Shown piece after piece: positions 8,612 to 16,136 of a stretch of DNA of 17,592 nt (position 1 is the first letter of the stretch; each line of letters starts with the position of its first letter). Source of the DNA: Candidatus Undinarchaeota archaeon (lineage in GTDB: Archaea; SpSt-1190); NCBI GenBank assembly GCA_964449215.1, contig CAYVAH010000013.1, forward strand, positions 1 through 17,592. The letters run 5' to 3'. Under the pieces are notes generated by a model. It was not told the origin of the DNA, searched no databases, and worked only from the letters and a program-made list of their open reading frames with translations. A program made the position numbers and the translations under genes.

Positions 8612-8755
8612 CCCGCGGTAGCTCAACCTGGTAGAGCGGGCGGCTGTAGCCGGGGAGCCTGCTCCCTGGATTCCCGTCGAAGGGAAACCCCGGAAACGGG
8701 GGGTAGCACCCGTTCAGAAACCGCCTGGTCGCCGGTTCAAATCCGGCCCGCGGGA
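8612..8755 (+). tRNA. trnY: tRNA-Tyr(GTA) with an intron at canonical position 37/38; CCA not encoded
   Basis: Acceptor stem CCCGCGG/CCGCGGG with the C1:G72 pair and discriminator A typical of archaeal Tyr; D arm GCTC-AACCTGGTA-GAGC; anticodon stem GGCGG/CCGCC; anticodon GTA at 8646-8648; T arm GCCGG-TTCAAAT-CCGGC. Confidence 0.96.
8650..8719 (+). other. 70-nt tRNA intron, GC-rich and multi-hairpin, with a relaxed BHB/BHL splice motif
   Basis: Removing 8650-8719 restores the 7-nt loop CTGTAGA. The intron 3' end CAG-AA pairs with exon CTG, and CGGG (8651-8654) can pair with CCCG (8709-8712). Confidence 0.88.
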
Positions 8756-8782
8756 CTATCATTTAAAGCTGGTAATAAACAG

Positions 8783-9826
8783 TCAGATCGACCCGAAAAA
8801 CTCCCGCAAGACCTGCTCAGCGGGCCTCCCCCTAACGTCCATGCCGGGCATCGTCCAGGCCATGAACACATAACCTTTGCAACTGGAGGGCAGCTCTTCT
8901 ATGGAGATCCGGAAATATTTATCCTGCAACCCGTCCAGTGAAGCACCACCCCTGCTCTCCGTAAAAGAATAGAATGGCCCGCCATAGGGCAGCCAGACCT
9001 CGGTCACGAGACAATCCGCCCCGGAAACCCTGGAAGAACTCACGAGCCGAGAGTACTCCCCCCTGACAAAGTTCCTGAACTCTTCAAGGCCAAGGTTCCC
9101 GTGATATACAGTGACCCCAACATAGTCGTAACCCGAAAGGTTCAGCTCTGGATAGGAATCAGCGAGTTTTGCAACCAGCTTCCCGTGAAACAGCTCTCGA
9201 AGTTCCGGAAGGACCTCCCTGTGCCAGGACTCCACAAGCCGGGTGAGCTCACCGTCCTCACAGAACTGCCGGACCATCACATCCAGCTCATTCTGCGGGG
9301 CAAAAAACTCGACCCCGTACCGTTCGGAGATGTCCGCCCATTTGAGCGCAACCTCCCTGGAAACCTGCAGGTATTTCTCCTTCGTCACAGGGATGCCCTC
9401 CTCTGCAAAATTATGCCCTCCCGGACCAACAAAATTGGGCGCAACCAGAACGGCAAACCCCGCCCTTTTTGCCCGGATTATGTTGGAAATAAGCTCCTCT
9501 TCCCCGGACTTGAGGTGGAGCCTCCCTTCCTTATCAAACTCGTATTCCACGGACACAGACACCGTGTTAACGCCAAGCTCCTTAAGGCGCTCGTCCCGCA
9601 CGGCCTTTGTGAAGTGGATGGGGGAGGGCTCCCACAGACCTTTGATTGTCGCAGGATAGCTTCTCTCGAACTTTCCAACAGACTTCCTGATTTCCACGTC
9701 AGGAAAGGGAAAATTCGCCAGAATATCCGGAATCCCAACATTCAGCATTTTACGGGCCGCAATATCCATAACAAGGATCCCAGCAAAGAGGAGAACAACA
9801 AGGAACCACGCCAACCGCACATTCAC
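8783..9826 (-). CDS. Membrane-anchored TIM-barrel glycoside hydrolase, clan GH-A (GH113-like)
   Basis: N-terminal TM or signal anchor; motifs LKELGVNTV, AKRAGFAVLV, YGVEFFAPQNELD (acid/base NE), YDYVGVTVY, LVTEVW (nucleophile E). The start is probably GTG 9826 or 9820 given TTTAATAA at 9852-9859; the track uses TTG 9862. Confidence 0.75.
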   Translation of the reverse strand: MNVRLAWFLVVLLFAGILVMDIAARKMLNVGIPDILANFPFPDVEIRKSVGKFERSYPATIKGLWEPSPIHFTKAVRDERLKELGVNTVSVSVEYEFDKEGRLHLKSGEEELISNIIRAKRAGFAVLVAPNFVGPGGHNFAEEGIPVTKEKYLQVSREVALKWADISERYGVEFFAPQNELDVMVRQFCEDGELTRLVESWHREVLPELRELFHGKLVAKLADSYPELNLSGYDYVGVTVYHGNLGLEEFRNFVRGEYSRLVSSSRVSGADCLVTEVWLPYGGPFYSFTESRGGASLDGLQDKYFRISIEELPSSCKGYVFMAWTMPGMDVRGRPAEQVLREFFGSI

Positions 9827-9840
9827 TGTGGACCCGGGAA

Positions 9841-9900
9841 ATAAAAAAGCCTTATTAAACAACCAAAATATTTATAACTAATAGGTAGTTACAATAGTAA
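9841..9900. promoter_or_regulatory. AT-rich divergent promoter region
   Basis: TTTATAA at 9871-9877, preceded by an A-rich BRE-like stretch, is 26 nt before ATG 9904. Minus-strand TTTAATAA at 9859-9852 would serve the hydrolase. Confidence 0.55.
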
Positions 9901-9903
9901 TGT

Positions 9904-10656
9904 ATGCTCCCCAGAAAAATAAAACGCTGCATTGTTGAGGAAGAAGGTTTTGGAGAGACCTGGAAGGAAATGAAGGAAGCCCTGAAGGAACTGAGGAACA
10001 CCCCGATAGAGAAAGGGGAAATATATGGGGGAAGCTTCTTCTCAACCGATCAGTACCGCAAAATACTGAAAAAAGCCCCCGAAAAATACAGAAAACTGCT
10101 TGAGAGGCATGTAAGCGACGACATAGACATCATAGTCCCGGAAAAAAACCCAGAGGAGTATCTCGAAGTGGCTGCCAAAACTAAAGTGATTTTATGCAAT
10201 CTTTACACATATGTTGACGCCCCCCTGACGGGGGTACCCACAATGGGAACCGGCTGGAGCGGGGAAGTGCGCGAAAAAGTAGAAGAGGTCAAGGGATATT
10301 TAAGATTCAAGAAGCTTAAGAAAGGGTATTTCAAGAACATTTACAGGAATGACCCCCTCGGAAAACTCAAAAAGAAAATTGTGAAAGGCGTCGCCGACAG
10401 GTACGCGGATGCAACCTCAACTGCAATACTCAAGCTCCCCTACGAAGGCTGCAGAGAAAAGGACGTGAAAGACGTCGGGAGGCTTATGCTGGCAAGTATG
10501 CTTGGAATGAAGTTTGACAGAGAAAGATTCAACAGAGCGGCGGAGCACCGGATGGGCGAGAATTGGAGAGAAAAAATGGAGCAGTATTTCAGCGAACATG
10601 CCCCCGAATACCTTGAAGTCTGTTGCAGCTACATCAATAACGCCCCACTTCCTTGA
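9904..10656 (+). CDS. Putative nucleotidyltransferase, AbiEii/DUF6036-like (Pol-beta superfamily)
   Basis: IYGGS, SDDIDIIV (DxD) and a C-terminal LK...REKDVKD motif, matching the GG / DxD / K-R-x-KD-x-x-D signature of AbiEii-like NTases. Confidence 0.65.
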   Translation: MLPRKIKRCIVEEEGFGETWKEMKEALKELRNTPIEKGEIYGGSFFSTDQYRKILKKAPEKYRKLLERHVSDDIDIIVPEKNPEEYLEVAAKTKVILCNLYTYVDAPLTGVPTMGTGWSGEVREKVEEVKGYLRFKKLKKGYFKNIYRNDPLGKLKKKIVKGVADRYADATSTAILKLPYEGCREKDVKDVGRLMLASMLGMKFDRERFNRAAEHRMGENWREKMEQYFSEHAPEYLEVCCSYINNAPLP

Positions 10657-11026
10657 AAAAAGCCTTCACGGACCGGGCAACAGGAACGCCTTCAATTGTG
10701 TCGGGAACCCTGGAGAGCTCAACCCATTTATACCCGAGCTTTTCATCCTCCCCCTCCACAGCCCCCAGCACAACTTCGCCCCCCTTGAACTCGCAAAGCC
10801 CGAATATCGCCACAACATCCTTCGCTTCACGGACAGGTATCAGCAGGCCCGGATTCACCTTAAGTCCGGTCTCCTCAAGAACCTCACGCCTTATGGTGTC
10901 CCGGAGTGACTCCCCCTCTTCGGGCTTACCACCGGGGAATTCCCAGACCAGGGGGTCCGGCCTCTTCAGCAGCAGGACCTCTTCGTCCCGGATAATCACG
11001 CCGTAGCAGGGGCAGTTGAACATCAT
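10634..11026 (-). CDS. Nudix (MutT-like) hydrolase
   Basis: Complete Nudix box GGKPEEGESLRDTIRREVLEETGL, preceded by LLLKR...WEFP. Confidence 0.95.
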   Translation of the reverse strand: MMFNCPCYGVIIRDEEVLLLKRPDPLVWEFPGGKPEEGESLRDTIRREVLEETGLKVNPGLLIPVREAKDVVAIFGLCEFKGGEVVLGAVEGEDEKLGYKWVELSRVPDTIEGVPVARSVKAFFKEVGRY

Positions 11027-12606
11027 TTATACAGCCCCTCCAGTTTCTTTATGGCTTTTTCATCGACCCTCGGGAACAGCACCTTCGCCCTGTGGAGCCT
11101 GTGCCCCGGCTCAAGGGGATGGTTGCCCCACCCAGGCTCCACACCCAGCAGCTCCGCCACCCTGGCACATTTTCCGGGTAGCACGGGATATAGCATCTCA
11201 TTCACCAGCTTGAGTGCACTGGCAACCGTCCGGACCACCTTTGGAGCCACCTCCGGATTCTTCCAGGGCTCCTCCTCCTGGAAGTATGTGTTGAGCTCGT
11301 GTGTGAGTAAGCAGGTCAGCCGGAGCGCCTCCGCCAGTTTCCCATCAAGCATAAGGCGCCTGTAGTCCTCATGGGCCTTCTCGACCCTGTGGAAAATCGT
11401 ATCAAGGGATGCCTCAGGGACCCGGGAGCCAAAGCGCTCTGAAAACTTGAGCGTCCTTTGCAGAAGGTTGCCAAAATTGTTCACCAGCTCCTCATTCACA
11501 ACTTTCTGGAACTCTGTGGCGGAAAAGTCGCTGTCTCTCATCCCCTCCTGGGTCGTGAGGGTCATGTAGAACCGCAGGTACTCCGGGTCCAGCCCCGCCT
11601 TTCTCCACTGCTCTATTGAAATGTACCAGTTACGGCTTTTGCTGAACTTCCTGCCCTCCAGAGTCAGATGCCCGCGAACAGGTATCTCGTCGGGCAGGTG
11701 GTACCCGGAACCCATGAGCATGGCAGGCCAGAAAAGGAAGTGGTGGTAGGCTATATCCTTCCCGATGAAGTGCACCACGTGTGAGGACCACCATTCCTCA
11801 AAGGACTCCCCCTGCTCAGAACACCACTTTTTCAGTGTGCTCATATAACCAATGGGGGCATCAAACCACACATAGAACACGCCCCCGGAATCGGGCACGG
11901 GAACCCCCCAGGATATGTCCCGCTCTATGTCCCAGTCCTGAAGGTCCTCCAGCCAGCCAAGAACAAAGTTTTTGATGCTTTCTGGCGCCTTCACCGAGTG
12001 GACAAACTTAGAGAGGCGGTCCGCAAAGGCACTCAGCCTGAAAAACACGTGCTCTCCTTCCCGTATTTCCGCGGGGGCACCACAGCTCTTGCAAACCGGC
12101 TGGAGGAGAACCCCTCCCTGCAGCGCTTTCCCGCACTTCTCGCACTGGTCACCATACTGATCCCGGGCGCCACAGTGCGGGCAGACCCCCACAACATACC
12201 TGTCCGGCAGGGGACGTTCCTCCCTCGGGCACCAGTATTGCTTCACCTTTGACCTGTAAACATAGCCACCATCCCTGAGCTTCCGGTAAATCTCCTGGGT
12301 GAGCCTGATGTGTTCGGGGCTGTGCGTGGCATAGAACCTGTCGAACTTCACAAGAAGGAACTCCAGGTCCCGCAGGTGTCGCTCCCGCCATATCTTCACG
12401 TATTCTTCCGGTCTGACGCCCTTTTCCTCTGCCTTCAGGAGTATGGGTGTCCCGTGCTCGTCGGTGGCACAGAGATACACCACAGGTCGCCCGAGCATGC
12501 GCAAGAACCGGGCATATACGTCCGCGGGGAGGTATGTGCTCTTGATATGCCCGAGATGGAGCTCCCCGTTGGCATATGGCAAAGCAGCGGTCACTACAGT
12601 TTTCAC
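11023..12606 (-). CDS. metG: Methionyl-tRNA synthetase (short form, no C-terminal tRNA-binding OB domain)
   Basis: ALPYANG-ELHLGH (HIGH), TDEHGT, Zn knuckles CPHC/CEKC/CKSC, YVWFDAPIGY, IGKDI, KFSKS (KMSKS). Likely start is GTG 12606, preceded by GGGAGGGG and TTTTTAA; the track extends to TTG 12621. Confidence 0.98.
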   Translation of the reverse strand: MKTVVTAALPYANGELHLGHIKSTYLPADVYARFLRMLGRPVVYLCATDEHGTPILLKAEEKGVRPEEYVKIWRERHLRDLEFLLVKFDRFYATHSPEHIRLTQEIYRKLRDGGYVYRSKVKQYWCPREERPLPDRYVVGVCPHCGARDQYGDQCEKCGKALQGGVLLQPVCKSCGAPAEIREGEHVFFRLSAFADRLSKFVHSVKAPESIKNFVLGWLEDLQDWDIERDISWGVPVPDSGGVFYVWFDAPIGYMSTLKKWCSEQGESFEEWWSSHVVHFIGKDIAYHHFLFWPAMLMGSGYHLPDEIPVRGHLTLEGRKFSKSRNWYISIEQWRKAGLDPEYLRFYMTLTTQEGMRDSDFSATEFQKVVNEELVNNFGNLLQRTLKFSERFGSRVPEASLDTIFHRVEKAHEDYRRLMLDGKLAEALRLTCLLTHELNTYFQEEEPWKNPEVAPKVVRTVASALKLVNEMLYPVLPGKCARVAELLGVEPGWGNHPLEPGHRLHRAKVLFPRVDEKAIKKLEGLYK

Positions 12607-12634
12607 ATGTCCCCTCCCCAAGGAAAGTTAAAAA

Positions 12635-13603
12635 TCATACGCTTTTCAGAGCCTCGCGCATGCTCCTGCTCAGAGCATACACCTCCCCATTCACGGGGTC
12701 AAGAAATGCTATTTCATTCTCCACAGCCCACTTGAGCACGCGGGGGTGAACACCCCCGACAGACAGGGGACCCTTGGCCAGCTTCTTCACAAACCTGTAT
12801 TCCCTGGCACCCACAGACTTCAGGAGGAGCTTCACACGTGAAGCCTTTCGGCGCACCATTGGTTTGAGCACCCCGATGTCCTCGGTGGCACGGAAATGCT
12901 GTATTACAATCCACAAATCATAGGGGCGGCCACCCACCGTGTCAAACACTTTCTTGGCCTTGTGAGTGGGCATTCCCTCCTCCCTCAACCAGTCAAGAAC
13001 GCTGTTCTTTGGAAGGTCACCGACAAAGAGGTATTCAGTGGCCTCCTCAAGAGCAGCAAGGCGAGCAATTTCGTCTATGAAAAGGCAGTCGCTGGTCACG
13101 ACTATAACATGCGCCAGATGGAGACGCTTGGTTATCGTGACAAGGAAGTTCAAGAGCTGCGAAAGCTCCTGGTTGTCCAGACCTGAGTGGCGGAGGTTCT
13201 GAATCTCATCCAGTATCAGCACGGGTCTCCGGAACTTCTTCAGCCTGGGTATCAGCGGGGCAAACGGGTCGAGCTTGCCCCGGGCCATCTGCTTGAGCTG
13301 TGATTCCTTGAGTTCAATGCCCCCCCACACATAGCTTTTTTGCAGTCTCTTCCGGAAGAAATCCCGCAGGCGGGCACCGAAACTCCTCCGCGGAATCGCC
13401 AGCACCCTGTGAATCTCCGCGGGGCTTCTCGCCCGGAAGTCATAGTATATCACGTCCCCGGGATACATCTGGGAGAGCTTCATCATCAGGGTGCTCTTCC
13501 CGCTGGACTTCGGGCCATAGACAAAAAGGAGTGAATTCGGCGGGGATTCAAGGAGATTCTTTAGCTGCCATATCTCTGCATCCCTGTTCACGAATTTGAG
13601 CAC
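12635..13603 (-). CDS. Archaeal AAA ATPase (ATPase_2 / MJ-type STAND family)
   Basis: FVNRDAEI, Walker A GPKSSGKS, Walker B LILDEIQ, LTK-like ITKRLHLAHV..VTSD, GGRP helical motif. Confidence 0.9.
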   Translation of the reverse strand: MLKFVNRDAEIWQLKNLLESPPNSLLFVYGPKSSGKSTLMMKLSQMYPGDVIYYDFRARSPAEIHRVLAIPRRSFGARLRDFFRKRLQKSYVWGGIELKESQLKQMARGKLDPFAPLIPRLKKFRRPVLILDEIQNLRHSGLDNQELSQLLNFLVTITKRLHLAHVIVVTSDCLFIDEIARLAALEEATEYLFVGDLPKNSVLDWLREEGMPTHKAKKVFDTVGGRPYDLWIVIQHFRATEDIGVLKPMVRRKASRVKLLLKSVGAREYRFVKKLAKGPLSVGGVHPRVLKWAVENEIAFLDPVNGEVYALSRSMREALKSV

Positions 13604-13623
13604 TTAAAGGTAAAGAGGAGGGG

Positions 13624-13630
13624 TATAAAA
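13624..13630 (-). promoter_or_regulatory. TATA box for the ATPase gene
   Basis: Minus-strand TTTTATA 20 nt upstream of GTG 13603. Confidence 0.55.
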
Positions 13631-13632
13631 CT

Positions 13633-14547
13633 CTAACTGCCGAAGACCCGCTGGAAGTTCCTCACCATCATGTAGATTGCCAGGAAGACTATGACCTCGG
13701 CGAGGAGTGCAAGCCCGATGGCAGGAAACAAAATGCTGATAAATATGTTCCAAAGTTTCCCCCACACCAGGGGATTGAAGGGGTTCAGGTCCCTGTAAAG
13801 AAGGAAACCCAGGAATGGAACAAACGCGAAGGACAGCCCCACGGCAATAGCAGCGGATACCCACACAACCATCCCCCACTTCGAAAGCTCCGCATGCTCG
13901 GCAACCCCTTTCAAGAGAGTTTCCCCGAAAAGGTACAGAAGAATTGCAGAGACGGTAACAATGATATAAAAAACAGCATACATAATTGCCCCCTCAAAAT
14001 CCCGGAGCGGTCCAATTCCTAGCGCAGCCGTGAGGTTCGGAGTCGGCAGGTAGGTCAACGCCAGGCCCATCAGGATGGAAAAGAAAGGCACCCCCGCAAA
14101 GGGAACGGACAGGGCATTTATCAGCCCCAGCCCGCCGGAGGACAGGAAAAGCACCACCGCCAGGAACCCTGCCATCCTCCCTATTCTTCTGTCCCCGAAA
14201 CCATACCGGAACCAGTAGTTTGTGAAGTGATAGACAAAACTGGCGGGTATCACATAGAGAAACACCGCCCAGGGATCATTAGCGATGGACACTCCAAAGA
14301 AACTGGTCAAAAAGGTGTCGAGCAGCTGGTAGGCCTGGATTATGGGCTTGTTGAGGAAGGAGTCAATGAGGAATATGTTGAACCGTATGTTGTTGTAATA
14401 GACCAGGAGGGAATATATGAAGAAAAGCAACCTGCCCTCGAATGCCTGCTGCTTATACATAACGGTCTTCGTGGATGTGAAGATTATCTCCAGTATGAGG
14501 ATGAGGTACACCACGGAAAAACTCGAAGCAATCATCTCAAGTATCAT
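13633..14547 (-). CDS. Uncharacterised polytopic membrane protein (304 aa), fourth gene of the membrane array
   Basis: Hydrophobic throughout, with roughly 8-9 TM segments. It has an ATGA overlap with the upstream gene. Confidence 0.85.
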   Translation of the reverse strand: MILEMIASSFSVVYLILILEIIFTSTKTVMYKQQAFEGRLLFFIYSLLVYYNNIRFNIFLIDSFLNKPIIQAYQLLDTFLTSFFGVSIANDPWAVFLYVIPASFVYHFTNYWFRYGFGDRRIGRMAGFLAVVLFLSSGGLGLINALSVPFAGVPFFSILMGLALTYLPTPNLTAALGIGPLRDFEGAIMYAVFYIIVTVSAILLYLFGETLLKGVAEHAELSKWGMVVWVSAAIAVGLSFAFVPFLGFLLYRDLNPFNPLVWGKLWNIFISILFPAIGLALLAEVIVFLAIYMMVRNFQRVFGS

Positions 14548-15245
14548 TCTTCTTCCCTCCCGACCTGCTGGCTCGCCACAGTTTTTTCCACCTCCTTCTC
14601 CTTCTCCATAACAGCTCTGGCACCCGCCCTCCTCAATCCCCTCGCGGATGCCAGGTTCATGAAACTGAAGTAAGTATTGAACACCTTCATCGCCATAAGG
14701 AATATCATGAAAATGATGAAGCCCACACCTGAAATCATTCCCTCAACCCACCCGCTCATTATGGCAAAAATATTGGTGGAGTTCATGAACATAACCGCCA
14801 TCATGGTAACTGCGGCATCAATGAACAGCTTGGTTGTCCGGGAGATTGCCCACATGTAGTGCATAATGTAGTCAACCCAGACAAAGATGAACAGCGCCGA
14901 AAACACGTACTCAAACAGACCCATGGCGGTCACCGGCACAAAAAGGGAAGGCACACGATTGAACAGAAAACTGGCGGCGAAGAACGAAAGAATCCCTGAA
15001 GGAATGTCGGGGAGCCCTATGGCTATACTGAAGACCATCCACAGAAGAAAGAACACTATGAAGTAGGCCTTGGTTTCCGGGCGGTCGAATGACTGCAGGT
15101 CCGGCACGAGACCCACACCCTTCAGCCCCTCCGAAATGGAGCTGGCAATCTCCGTCACATTGAAGCCCATTATGGTCTGAGCGTGAACCGGATAAAGCAT
15201 GGAAAGGACTATCACAAGCGCAAGGAAGCTTTTCATTTCAATCAC
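14544..15245 (-). CDS. Uncharacterised membrane protein (233 aa) with signal peptide and charged C-terminal tail, third gene of the array
   Basis: MKSFLALVIVLSMLYPVHA signal peptide; about 5 TM segments; ATGA overlaps at both ends. Confidence 0.85.
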   Translation of the reverse strand: MIEMKSFLALVIVLSMLYPVHAQTIMGFNVTEIASSISEGLKGVGLVPDLQSFDRPETKAYFIVFFLLWMVFSIAIGLPDIPSGILSFFAASFLFNRVPSLFVPVTAMGLFEYVFSALFIFVWVDYIMHYMWAISRTTKLFIDAAVTMMAVMFMNSTNIFAIMSGWVEGMISGVGFIIFMIFLMAMKVFNTYFSFMNLASARGLRRAGARAVMEKEKEVEKTVASQQVGREEE

Positions 15246-16096
15246 TGCTCTTTCTTTTGCTGGGCCAGAGCATCCGACACACCGCGGAGCACCAGAGCAC
15301 CAGTAACCGCCTGCTGGACGGCATCCACAGTGCTCTTTGCGACCCCCGCCGTCATGGTTATCTGACCGAGGAAAACCGAGAGTATGGCCAGGGAAAATAT
15401 GGCAAGCAGGAAGCTCTGACCGACACTCAACCCGACAAAGCTGGATATCGCCACTATTATGTTGGCAAACATCCCTGTGAGTATCGCGAGCAGGGATGCG
15501 AATATCGCTATGAGCCTGCGGGTGTTGGTCCGCAGGTAGGCGAATGTGAGAATATCATTGATGAGATAGTAGGTGATGAAGAAGGGGAGCAGGCCGAATA
15601 TGAAGAAGCACTGCCAGGCCGGGCGCTTCTCTGTGAGGAGCTGGATTGCCACCTTGTTGGAGGGGTCAAGGTCCTCCTGCTGGACATTCGCGAGCCTTGA
15701 GAAGAACTTATCCTGCGTAAAGGAGCGCGAGGTGCTGTCCACCAGCACATCAATGCAGTTATCCTCACCGCAGTCCCCCTCGGTTGTCATCTTGATTGTG
15801 TATATTGAACTGCCGCAGGGGGCCGTGAAGTTGTCAGCCCCCAGCACATAATTGATTGGACCGCAGAGCGGGTGATCACCCGTTATAACCAGTTCGCCCG
15901 CCGAATAAATGGACATGGCATATGGGTTGATGAACGGGCAGTAGCCGACATTTCCGCCAAAAATGTTCTCCAGGTTCCTCCGGAGGCCCAGAAAAGCCTT
16001 GCCGAAGGTTGATCCAGGGGAAAAAGCGGCCATCACACCGAAGAGGAGAAGAACACCGAGGAGAATCCAGATGGTATCTTTGCTATCCCCTTTCAT
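15242..16096 (-). CDS. Uncharacterised membrane protein with Cys-rich ectodomain, second gene of the array
   Basis: N-terminal TM, YCPFINPY ectodomain, WQCF, 3 TM segments and a helical tail. Likely start is ATG 16096 (TATAA at 16124-16120); the track uses ATG 16111. Confidence 0.85.
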   Translation of the reverse strand: MKGDSKDTIWILLGVLLLFGVMAAFSPGSTFGKAFLGLRRNLENIFGGNVGYCPFINPYAMSIYSAGELVITGDHPLCGPINYVLGADNFTAPCGSSIYTIKMTTEGDCGEDNCIDVLVDSTSRSFTQDKFFSRLANVQQEDLDPSNKVAIQLLTEKRPAWQCFFIFGLLPFFITYYLINDILTFAYLRTNTRRLIAIFASLLAILTGMFANIIVAISSFVGLSVGQSFLLAIFSLAILSVFLGQITMTAGVAKSTVDAVQQAVTGALVLRGVSDALAQQKKEQ

Positions 16097-16136
16097 ACTC
16101 AAAAAATACATCCACTAAGTTATATGCGTTGCGACC

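Noticed and set aside
8650..8719. C/D-box sRNA, hammerhead ribozyme or SECIS element within the intron
   Set aside because: No RTGATGA/CTGA boxes and no CTGANGA hammerhead core. The GAA-containing hairpins do not fit the GAA/A SECIS geometry, and no in-frame TGA selenoprotein is evident.
8453..8941. 162-aa ORF spanning the tRNA and its intron (possible intron-encoded protein)
   Set aside because: It overlaps a real CDS, the tRNA and the hydrolase 3' end. GC-rich structured RNA simply lacks stop codons, and the intron is too short to encode a homing endonuclease.
9101..9844. 247-aa plus-strand ORF
   Set aside because: Antisense shadow of the glycoside hydrolase, with no motifs and atypical composition.
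8720..10700. Integrated mobile element at the tRNA 3' end
   Set aside because: No integrase, and I saw no duplicated tRNA 3' end (att site) in the window.
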